In this document: piece after piece, positions 46,798 to 54,484 of the stretch
Layout of the letters: every line of letters begins with the position of its first letter
How positions within the stretch are numbered: the stretch's first letter is position 1
DNA from: an uncultured Coriobacteriaceae bacterium
GTDB lineage: Bacteria > Actinomycetota > Coriobacteriia > Coriobacteriales > CADBOM01
Direction: 5' to 3'
Assembly (NCBI GenBank): GCA_964558235.1
Contig: CAZLCK010000002.1
Coordinates: 14,354-78,353 of the forward strand
DNA: 64,000 nt
Program-made: the position numbers and the translations under genes
Notes under the pieces: model-generated
What the model saw: the letters and a program-made list of their open reading frames with translations, nothing else
The model's database searches: none
What the model was told of the DNA's origin: nothing

Positions 46798-48924
46798 ATG
46801 GAAGCATCACAAACGTTACCGCTTATCATCGGTTTAGTTGCTGGTGTTATCGCGGCCGTTTATGCGATAGCTCTTATTGTAAAAATTAAGAAGCTATCTG
46901 CTGGTAATGAAAAGATGCAAAGCATTGCATCCGCAATTCAAGAAGGTGCTATGGCCTACCTCAGCCGTCAATATCGCACTGTTGCGATCGTAGCTGTCGC
47001 TATAGCTATAGTTCTTTTAGTTCCTGGATTTTTAGGGGTATCTGGTTTTGGACTTTGGACCGCTATCGGATTTTTAGTCGGTGGCATAGCATCTGCCGCA
47101 GCAGGATTTATCGGAATGAGAATTTCTGTAACAGCGAATGTACGCACTGCTGAGGCTGCACGCAGCGGATTAGGAAAGGCTCTTCGTGTAGCTTTCCAAT
47201 CTGGAACTGTTACTGGCATGTTTGTAATTGGACTTGGAATTCTATCAGTTTCCATTATGTCCATCTTTGTTTTTGCTGGAATCGCCGATGATTCAGCTTT
47301 GGTGGGACTTGGATTTGGTGGTTCTTTAATCTCTGTCTTTGCCCGTCTTGGTGGTGGAATCTTCACCAAAGCCGCTGACGTTGGAGCCGACCTTGTAGGT
47401 AAGGTTGAAGCTGGAATTCCAGAGGATGATCCTCGTAATCCTGCAGTTATCGCAGACAATGTTGGTGATAATGTTGGTGACTGTGCAGGAATGGCGGCAG
47501 ACCTCTTTGAAACCTATGTTGTAACTACAGTTGCTGCAATGCTAATTGGTAACCTTGCTTTTGGAATTGATGACTTGGCTATCGCGCTTGGTTTTCCAAT
47601 TGTTATTGGAGCAGCATCTATCGTAGCTTCAATCATTGGAACCCTCTTCGTCAAGATGGGTAAAAATGGCACTATCATGGGCGCTCTCTATAAAGGTCTC
47701 TGGATTGCCGCTATCATCGCTATTATTGCATTCTTACCAATCACCTACTGGATGCTTGGTGATATTGAGATCAGCAATTCCCTACTTGCTCCGATTGGTA
47801 TCACTCCAATTCAAGTTTGGGTCTGTGCAATCATCGGTGTTGTCTTAACTGCAGCTATGGTATACATCACCGATCACTATACTTCTTCAACCAAAAAACC
47901 TGTCGATGGCATTGCTAAAGCTTCTGAGACTGGTCATGCAACCAATATTATTCAAGGTCTTGCTGTTGGAATGGAATCCACAGGATTACCAATTTTGGTC
48001 ATTGTTATCGCTACCTTAGTTAGCTATTTTCTAGGTGGCATCTTTGGTATTGCAGTCGCAGCATTAGCCATGCTTTCCATGGCTGGCATTGTTGTTGCGA
48101 TCGACTCATTTGGACCTGTTACAGATAACGCTGGTGGAATTGCTGAAATGAGCGGCCTACCAGAAGAGGTACGTGAAAATACCGATGCTCTCGATGCTGT
48201 TGGTAATACTACCAAAGCTGTTACCAAAGGCTATGCAATCGCCTCTGCAGCATTGGCAGCTGTTGTTTTGTTCGCCGACTTTACACATTCTGTCGCTGAG
48301 CAGACCGGTGCGTCTCTAACATTTGATCTCTCAAGTCCATTTGTTTTGATTGGTCTATTCATTGGTGGACTTCTTCCATACCTATTTGCCTCTAGAGCAA
48401 TGACAAGTGTTGGAAAGGCTGCTGGTGGAGTTGTAGAAGAAGTTCGCCGTCAATTTAAAGAAATTCCAGGAATCATGGAGGGAACTGCCAAACCAGACTA
48501 TGCAAAATGTGTTGATTTGGTTACCCGTGCCGCACTTCGTGAGATGGTTTTACCAGCGATGATTCCTATTTTGACTCCAATTATTATTATCGTCGTCGGT
48601 GTTATTCTAAATGCTTGTGGATACGATCAAGCATTTACGTTTACAACCACTGTTTTGGGTGGTGCTTTGGTAGGAACAATAGTTACTGGCCTGTTTGTTG
48701 CAATTTCAATGACAAATGGTGGTGGCGCTTGGGATAATGCCAAGAAACTCATTGAAGAAGGTAATTATGGAGGAAAGAACTCCTTCGCTCATCAAGCTGC
48801 TGTTACCGGAGATACCGTTGGAGATCCATACAAGGACACTGCCGGTCCTGCGCTGAACTCTATGATCAAGGTCTTTAACATCATGGCCTTATTGCTTGTT
48901 CCACTTTTGGCATTGCTTGCCTAA
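46798..48924 (+). CDS. hppA: Membrane-bound proton/sodium-translocating pyrophosphatase
   Basis: ~16 TM helices. Motifs [33 protein letters not shown] and [14 protein letters not shown]. Confidence 0.92.
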   Translation: MEASQTLPLIIGLVAGVIAAVYAIALIVKIKKLSAGNEKMQSIASAIQEGAMAYLSRQYRTVAIVAVAIAIVLLVPGFLGVSGFGLWTAIGFLVGGIASAAAGFIGMRISVTANVRTAEAARSGLGKALRVAFQSGTVTGMFVIGLGILSVSIMSIFVFAGIADDSALVGLGFGGSLISVFARLGGGIFTKAADVGADLVGKVEAGIPEDDPRNPAVIADNVGDNVGDCAGMAADLFETYVVTTVAAMLIGNLAFGIDDLAIALGFPIVIGAASIVASIIGTLFVKMGKNGTIMGALYKGLWIAAIIAIIAFLPITYWMLGDIEISNSLLAPIGITPIQVWVCAIIGVVLTAAMVYITDHYTSSTKKPVDGIAKASETGHATNIIQGLAVGMESTGLPILVIVIATLVSYFLGGIFGIAVAALAMLSMAGIVVAIDSFGPVTDNAGGIAEMSGLPEEVRENTDALDAVGNTTKAVTKGYAIASAALAAVVLFADFTHSVAEQTGASLTFDLSSPFVLIGLFIGGLLPYLFASRAMTSVGKAAGGVVEEVRRQFKEIPGIMEGTAKPDYAKCVDLVTRAALREMVLPAMIPILTPIIIIVVGVILNACGYDQAFTFTTTVLGGALVGTIVTGLFVAISMTNGGGAWDNAKKLIEEGNYGGKNSFAHQAAVTGDTVGDPYKDTAGPALNSMIKVFNIMALLLVPLLALLA

Positions 48925-48958
48925 AAGATCCACTAAAGGTCAATTACTTAGATTTTTT

Positions 48959-48992
48959 AAGCCCCTTTAATTAAATTTGAAGGGGCTTTTAA
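48959..48992 (+). terminator. Intrinsic terminator of hppA
   Basis: 9-bp stem AAGCCCCTT/AAGGGGCTT with a 12-nt loop, followed by TTTAAAT. Confidence 0.7.
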
Positions 48993-49004
48993 ATCCGGAT
49001 TTTT

Positions 49005-49085
49005 CTATTCTTTCTTTTCAGATACACAAAACGTAGATTTATTTTTTGTCACTTTAACGGTCTCAAAAGCTGTAGCAAGTTTCAT
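49005..49085 (-). CDS. Possible small ORF, 26 aa (MKLATAFETVKVTKNKSTFCVSEKKE)
   Basis: ATG preceded by GAAGGA at 7 nt. It sits alone between two terminator hairpins. There is no other support. Confidence 0.2.
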   Translation of the reverse strand: MKLATAFETVKVTKNKSTFCVSEKKE

Positions 49086-49206
49086 AGAATTGTCCTTCTA
49101 ATGGAAGCTTGTCCGCACTCCCAAGAAGCCAAGAAAACAAACTAAAAGATTGTATTGTTTTAGAGCCAGATATTAAGAAGGTCTATGTAATCAAAAAAGG
49201 AATATT

Positions 49207-49243
49207 AAAAGGGGCACAAATCATACAAATTCATGCCCCTTTT
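49207..49243 (-). terminator. Terminator after the lipoprotein gene
   Basis: 10-bp stem AAAAGGGGCA/TGCCCCTTTT. A/T runs on both sides make it potentially bidirectional. Confidence 0.7.
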
Positions 49244-49265
49244 AAATTAATGTTATATAGATATC

Positions 49266-49709
49266 CTATTGCTTTTGAAAAGTAAGAATTTGATCGTCAT
49301 CAGAATAGGTAAGAGTGTCATCAGAAGAATCGTATGCTAGAACTACAGTCTCACCTTCGGCTGATAAAGTAACGCTATCTTCTCCAGCTTCCCAAGTTAC
49401 TGTTGTGCTATCAAATAGGCTTTCACCCAGCATAATAAGCTCAGCAGTTCCATCAGAGTTTAGGTCAAGATAAGCAAATTCAGAAGCATCAGAAATGCCA
49501 AGGCTATCACCATATCCTGAATCTAATACATCTTGTATATCATCTACGGTTACAACAGATCCATCGCTATCAACAGAGTAAAACCCCCAAGTACCAGCAA
49601 AATCAGAATTCACGGTGGATTCGCTTGATTGTGAGCAACCAGCAAGAGCCGCAAAAGAAGCAAGGGCGAACACAACTGAAAACGCAACTGTCAATAATCT
49701 TCTTTTCAT
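49266..49709 (-). CDS. Lipoprotein, unknown function (paralog of 46148..46588)
   Basis: Signal peptide plus lipobox LAGC and an acidic Ser/Asp-rich mature part. It lies 60 nt downstream of the NlpC/P60 gene on the same strand. Confidence 0.6.
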   Translation of the reverse strand: MKRRLLTVAFSVVFALASFAALAGCSQSSESTVNSDFAGTWGFYSVDSDGSVVTVDDIQDVLDSGYGDSLGISDASEFAYLDLNSDGTAELIMLGESLFDSTTVTWEAGEDSVTLSAEGETVVLAYDSSDDTLTYSDDDQILTFQKQ

Positions 49710-49769
49710 TAGACCCCCATCAATTAATTAATTAAACGACAAGAAAAATTATAAATGATATTGATAACA

Positions 49770-50765
49770 TCAGAATCTTAACACATATTGAAAGCCACTG
49801 GTTGAAAGGTTGCTAATAATCACACCCGTAGAAGAGGTCGATGCATGAACATATTGGCCTCCACCAATATAAATTCCGACATGACCCTGTTTCCATAAGA
49901 TATCTCCAGGCTGAGCTTCAGAAAGAGGCAGTCTTGATAGAGCATTCGCATAAAGCGAATCGCTTGATCTATATGGAGCTCCGCAGTAATAGCAAAGGCC
50001 AGAACAGTCAAAAGCATCTGGTCCAGCAGCTCCATATTCATAGGCAGAGCCAACTAATGAAAGCGCTAATTCAACATTGCATGTAACTCCTCCACCACCA
50101 TAAACATATTGAAGAGTCCCAGACGAAGATGATGATGTACTACTATTTGCTGCCATATCTTGAGCAGTAATTTGTTCTTGAAGCTCTGCGCTTAAACTAT
50201 CAAACTGAGCTTGTGCAGCAGCGGCTTTTGCGTCGACATCAGCTTTGGCCTGTTCAGCGGCAGCAAGCTCCTCAGCAGCAATTGCTTTCTGCTTTGCAAG
50301 CTCATCATAAGCAGCCTGCTGTTCTTCTCTTAATGCCTTAGTCTGTTCGATAATCATGGCATCATTTTCATTTAACGCAGAAAGCATAGTCCATGTTGTA
50401 GCAAAATCACTAAATGACGTACTTCCCAAAAAAACATCGAGCATTGTTGGGCTGCCAGATATATACATTGATACAGCGCGCTCAGACAACCTTTCTTGGT
50501 TGTATTCGATTTGAGCAGTAGTTTCTTGAATTTTCTGCTGAGCTTCATTCATGGCTTCAACCGCAGCATCATAAGCATCTAAAGCTTGATAATAGGTTTC
50601 AGCAGCTGCTACAGCCTCTTCACGAGCTGCATATAGCGCTTGTTGAGCACTGTCCACTTCAGCCTGTGTAACTGCATAAGCATAAAGAGAAAAAAATGGA
50701 GAAAGAGATACTGCGATTAATGCTGCGATAAGAATGGATATTGTCTTTCTTAAACAAGACTTCAT
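49770..50765 (-). CDS. Secreted coiled-coil + NlpC/P60 (C40) peptidoglycan endopeptidase, RipA-like
   Basis: Signal peptide (...LYAYA|VT), ~180 aa Ala/Glu/Gln-rich coiled coil, Ser-rich linker, and a C-terminal FDCSGL (catalytic Cys) ... GHVGIYIG (His). ATG 50765. Confidence 0.85.
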   Translation of the reverse strand: MKSCLRKTISILIAALIAVSLSPFFSLYAYAVTQAEVDSAQQALYAAREEAVAAAETYYQALDAYDAAVEAMNEAQQKIQETTAQIEYNQERLSERAVSMYISGSPTMLDVFLGSTSFSDFATTWTMLSALNENDAMIIEQTKALREEQQAAYDELAKQKAIAAEELAAAEQAKADVDAKAAAAQAQFDSLSAELQEQITAQDMAANSSTSSSSSGTLQYVYGGGGVTCNVELALSLVGSAYEYGAAGPDAFDCSGLCYYCGAPYRSSDSLYANALSRLPLSEAQPGDILWKQGHVGIYIGGGQYVHASTSSTGVIISNLSTSGFQYVLRF

Positions 50766-50841
50766 TCCAAACAATATGCTCGCCCTGTCTTTCGAGTTTG
50801 AAACTTGTTAGCTTTTTATGTTCTTTCTCGAAGTTTAACAG

Positions 50842-50874
50842 AAAAAAGAGACGCTCGCATTATGTAAGCGTCTC
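50842..50874 (-). terminator. Intrinsic terminator between the two NlpC/P60 genes
   Basis: 8-bp stem GAGACGCT/AGCGTCTC. On the minus strand it is followed by TTTTTTCTG. Confidence 0.7.
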
Positions 50875-50989
50875 TAAATTCAAATATTAGGTTTTTACTC
50901 TATACGCTTGATTAAAATCGTAACCTAAACACTGCCTTATTTTTATTTTGAATGAGATTCATAACAAAACGTACTATCCATTTTGTTAA

Positions 50990-52063
50990 CTAAAATCTCA
51001 ATGCATAAGTCCAAATGCTCATGTTATATGAGATCTTAACCACATCACCAGATGAAGGCGCGTGAATATAAGCTCCATTACCGATATAGATTCCTACATG
51101 TCCCTGTTTCCACAGGATATCCCCAGGTTGAGCTTCAGATACAGAAATCTTAGTTGCTGCAGAGTATTGGGCGCTAGATGTTCTTGGAATAGATATACCA
51201 GCTTGGCTATAGCACCATTGTGTTAGACCAGAACAGTCAAAGGTATCAGGTCCTGTAGCACCCCACACATAAGCACATCCGAGTCTAGAGTATGCAGCTT
51301 CAACAACAGATGAATATCCTCCAGAAGAACTACTGGAAGAACTTGAAGAGCTGCTAGAACTAGAACTTCCTGAAGAACTGCTGTTATTTTGCTGCCATTC
51401 CTGTTGAGCTGCTGCTTCTTCTGCAGCCTCCTCTTGAGCAATTAATTCAGCAACTTCAGCATCTAAGTTATCTAATTCTTCTTGGTATTGAGCAACCAAG
51501 GCCTCAGCTTCATTTTTAATGCTCTCAGCTTCTGCAAGTTTTTCAGCGGCAACACGCTCTTGTTCCTGATACTCAGCTAAAGCAGCCTCAGACTCAGCTT
51601 TTAATTCCTTATTGGTGGAGATAATTCGAGAAGTTTCCTCATTCCATGCAGATAAAAGCTCCCAAGTGGTTGAAAAATCTTGGAATGAAGTGGAACCTAG
51701 CAATACGTCCAAAAGAGTTGCTTGACCGCTTGTGTACATTGAGACGGCTCTTTGATTTAGAGCTTCTTGAGATTCCTCTATTTGAACTTCTAATTCATCA
51801 ATTTTTTGCTGCTCTTGCTCCATCGCTTCAACAGCGGCTTCGTACTCCTCAAGAGCGGTATAGTAATCATCAGATGCCTCATTTAGTTGATCTTGCATCT
51901 CAGAAAGTTTAGCTCTGACTTCATCAGCTTGAGCTTGCAGATCATCAGATGGAGCAGCATAAGACAGAGGAACTGTGCTTAGCAACAATACAAGAGCAAA
52001 AAATGCACAGAAAAATGCTCTAACTTTTTTAATATGACCGAAATTTTTTGTTTCTTGGATCAT
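50990..52063 (-). CDS. Secreted coiled-coil + NlpC/P60 (C40) peptidoglycan endopeptidase, RipA-like (paralog)
   Basis: Same architecture as 49770..50765: signal ...LSYA|AP, a linker with a 15-residue uninterrupted Ser run, then FDCSGL ... GHVGIYIG. ATG 52063 has SD GGGGA at 7 nt; the track TTG at 52117 is less likely. Confidence 0.85.
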   Translation of the reverse strand: MIQETKNFGHIKKVRAFFCAFFALVLLLSTVPLSYAAPSDDLQAQADEVRAKLSEMQDQLNEASDDYYTALEEYEAAVEAMEQEQQKIDELEVQIEESQEALNQRAVSMYTSGQATLLDVLLGSTSFQDFSTTWELLSAWNEETSRIISTNKELKAESEAALAEYQEQERVAAEKLAEAESIKNEAEALVAQYQEELDNLDAEVAELIAQEEAAEEAAAQQEWQQNNSSSSGSSSSSSSSSSSSSSSGGYSSVVEAAYSRLGCAYVWGATGPDTFDCSGLTQWCYSQAGISIPRTSSAQYSAATKISVSEAQPGDILWKQGHVGIYIGNGAYIHAPSSGDVVKISYNMSIWTYALRF

Positions 52064-52102
52064 AAAATAATCCCCGTTTCCTTTTTCACTGTCAGTTTTC
52101 TT

Positions 52103-52187
52103 GAATAAACGAAACAAAACAAAACGGATCTCTAGCGATCAAGCTCATAGCAAAACAAAATCAAACATAGTTGATCCAGAAGCTAGA
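52103..52187 (-). promoter_or_regulatory. Attenuator-like structure in the hydrolase leader
   Basis: Minus-strand RNA: UCUAGC-uucug-GAUC ...32 nt... GAUCGCUAGA (10 bp, one bulge), followed 6 nt later by GUUUUGUUUUGUUUCGUUU. It ends ~40 nt before the start codon. Confidence 0.3.
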
Positions 52188-52269
52188 TTGCGAGCACAAA
52201 ATGATTAAATAAGCCCGAGTTGTGTGTTTTTGCTTCATTTATTCAGGTTTTCAACCCAATGAGAAGGGC

Positions 52270-52410
52270 AAATGTTTCTTTACTTACGAAACGCATTAAT
52301 CCTACCAGAAAGACCTTGATTGAACAAGAATTCACCTAATCGTCATATTCTTTAATAAAAATAAGCTCGTTGAACGGTTCTCCGACTAAAAAATACATAA
52401 AAAAGACAGG
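52270..52410 (-). promoter_or_regulatory. Candidate structured 5' leader element (partial resemblance to the ydaO/c-di-AMP riboswitch)
   Basis: Minus-strand order CGGAGAACCG ... GGUGAAUUC-[small hairpin CUUG/CAAG]-...GGUAGGA ... CGUAAGU. These resemble, from memory, the ACGGAGGAACC / GGGGUGAAUCC / GGUAGGG / CGUAAGCG blocks. The conserved ACCCGACAGCUAAC block is NOT found. Confidence 0.2.
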
Positions 52411-52529
52411 TCATTGAATAAATTGAGATGAATTGATCGAGCAACAGTACTCTGAAATTATTTTTAGATGTTCTTGCAAACTTTTATTCAAAACCTCAAA
52501 CTGTGTCTACCAAAAACAAAGAGCATCAA

Positions 52530-53801
52530 TTATGCAATAGCGCTGTTTTCATTACAATCTTTAAGCATATATCTGCAATCGATAACTTTTTTATTCTTAG
52601 CATAATCTTTAACAACTTTAAATTGTCTCCAAGGAGTTGCAATAATAACAACATCACAAATGTCACAGATCTCTCTTACACTAAAACAATAATGAATCTT
52701 TTGCTTATAGACAGTTGCATAATCATCATTTGCGATTGGATCATAAGCATAGATCTTCTTGTAGCCCATCTTTAACAAGTTATCTATTATTTTGGCAGAG
52801 GCTGAGTTTCTTACATCTCCAGAGCCCTCTTTAAAAGTAAGTCCTAGTATGCCTAATTTTTCATCTTTTGAAGTCTTAGCAGATATTTCAGAACAGACTT
52901 TTGAGGGAAGCGTATCATTAATATGCAAAACAGATTCCAATAGCGACATATCCGCACCCTGGTCCTTTGCAATTTTTACAAAGTCAGATGTATCTTGCGG
53001 CAAAGCCACTCCCCCAAATCCACAGCCTGGGTAGACATATCCACGCATTGTATTATCAAACCATCTGGAGTCAGTTTGCATAATTCGAAAAGCCTCAGGG
53101 ATATTAATTCCACCCATAACTTTTGCAGCCTGAGCCATCTCATTTGAATAACTAATCATCGTGGCTAAAAGCGTCGAGGTCATATATCTAATAAACTCGG
53201 CAGTCTTATAGGAAACAGCCATTATAGGCGCATCAAAGGACTGATAATACTTCGATATAATCGAGAGATCTTTCTCATTTGAAAGGCCAATTACAACTCT
53301 ACTTGGATGAGTAAAATCGTGCCAACACTTGCCTTCACGAATAAACTCTGGACAAAATACAACGCCCAAATCCTCCCCTATCTTTACACCCTGGCTTTCA
53401 ATATATGGAACGATTTGTTCGTCCATAGTTCCGGGAAGCAAAGAAGTTTTAATTGCGATTGTAAAATAGCCTTCAAAACCAGCATCTAAGATGTCAGAAA
53501 TAGCACGCTTTGTATTTGTATGTTCTTGCTTGCCATTTTTTAAATTTGGAGTGCCGCAGCAAATAAAGAAGCAGTCAATTCCGTCAGGAAGATCATCAAT
53601 ATCATCAACCACAGAAAAATTGTGATTTAGATGACGCTCAAGTGCTTCATCAAGACCTGGCTCATAATAAGGGATCTTTCCACGTCTGATTAAATCAACT
53701 CTAAACTCATCAATGTCAACGCCGTAAACTTTTTCGCCATGTTCAGCAAATCCTAGAGCAACTGTAAGTCCGATAAAGCCAAGACCAAGAACAGCAATCA
53801 T
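52530..53801 (-). CDS. UDP-glucose/GDP-mannose dehydrogenase-family protein lacking the canonical catalytic Cys
   Basis: N-terminal Rossmann VLGLGFIGL and C-terminal UDP-binding block LGLTFKEGSGDVRNS. The active-site block reads PGCGFGGVALPQDT where family members have GxGGxCxPKD. Confidence 0.75.
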   Translation of the reverse strand: MIAVLGLGFIGLTVALGFAEHGEKVYGVDIDEFRVDLIRRGKIPYYEPGLDEALERHLNHNFSVVDDIDDLPDGIDCFFICCGTPNLKNGKQEHTNTKRAISDILDAGFEGYFTIAIKTSLLPGTMDEQIVPYIESQGVKIGEDLGVVFCPEFIREGKCWHDFTHPSRVVIGLSNEKDLSIISKYYQSFDAPIMAVSYKTAEFIRYMTSTLLATMISYSNEMAQAAKVMGGINIPEAFRIMQTDSRWFDNTMRGYVYPGCGFGGVALPQDTSDFVKIAKDQGADMSLLESVLHINDTLPSKVCSEISAKTSKDEKLGILGLTFKEGSGDVRNSASAKIIDNLLKMGYKKIYAYDPIANDDYATVYKQKIHYCFSVREICDICDVVIIATPWRQFKVVKDYAKNKKVIDCRYMLKDCNENSAIA

Positions 53802-54015
53802 CTTATAGAACTCTCCGATATGACTAATAAAGAAATAAACATTATCGAATTTGCACTTCGTTTTAAGTTGGTTATTTCACAAATCTGACACTTAAAACTC
53901 TAAAAAAGTATATTTTGATTAGATGAAATTTTTGCCACTTATCTTGCAATTGTGTACAGTAATTTGGCAAAAGGATTAGAGCTTTAAAGCTTATTATTAG
54001 TGTTTGCCCAATCGC

Positions 54016-54030
54016 TGTTCACAAGTGTTA
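54016..54030 (+). promoter_or_regulatory. Candidate operator upstream of the arsR-family gene
   Basis: TGTTCACAAGTGTTA contains TGTTCA (the reverse complement of TGAACA). It shares the 10-mer CACAAGTGTT with the ATPase promoter (reverse complement of 37357-37366). It overlaps a possible -35 (TTATTT, 18 nt, TATTAT). Confidence 0.4.
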
Positions 54031-54110
54031 TTTAAGCGTAAAAAATTGAGATATTATGTTAGTTAACTCTCTATGATTTTATTTTTAATCGCTTTAGAGG
54101 TGTGATTAAT

Positions 54111-54473
54111 ATGGCGTCTGTAAACAATACCGAACTAACTGATGATCAATACCAATCTGATAGCGCTGTTGAGCTAGCCAGAGAATCATTATCTGATGAA
54201 GAGACCTTATATGATCTGGCTGATCTATTCAGAATCTTTGCTGACACTACAAGAATTAAGGTTTTATATGCTTTGATGGTTGGAGAGATGAGCGTATCAG
54301 ATTTAGCCGAAGTTGTTGGTGTCTCACAATCGGCCATGTCACATCAATTACGCACACTCAAGCAAGCAAGGCTAGTTAAGTTCAAGAGAGATGGCAAGAA
54401 TATTTATTACTCTCTTTGTGATGATCATGTGAATACAATTCTTGCAACAGGCATGAATCATCTCTGTGAATAA
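54111..54473 (+). CDS. ArsR/SmtB-family metalloregulator with an alpha5 (SmtB/CzrA-type) metal site
   Basis: wHTH SVSDLAEVVGVSQSAMSHQLRTLKQARLV. The C-terminal DDH-x10-H-x2-E exactly matches DxHx10Hx2E. ATG 54111 is 10 nt after AGAGG; the track GTG at 54102 is too close to the SD. Confidence 0.85.
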   Translation: MASVNNTELTDDQYQSDSAVELARESLSDEETLYDLADLFRIFADTTRIKVLYALMVGEMSVSDLAEVVGVSQSAMSHQLRTLKQARLVKFKRDGKNIYYSLCDDHVNTILATGMNHLCE

Positions 54474-54484
54474 TTCCTTTGATA

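Noticed and set aside
52270-52410. Calling the hydrolase leader a bona fide ydaO/c-di-AMP riboswitch.
   Set aside because: Only some blocks resemble the consensus as I remember it, and the most conserved ACCCGACAGCUAAC segment is missing. I kept it as a low-confidence candidate needing cmsearch, not as an annotated riboswitch.
53802-54015. Small palindromes upstream of arsR (TTTGCCA...TGGCAAA; AGCTTTAAAGCT).
   Set aside because: They are short (7 bp and a 12-nt AT-rich palindrome) and of a kind expected by chance in AT-rich intergenic DNA. Unlike the CACAAGTGTT motif, they are not shared with the other metal promoter.
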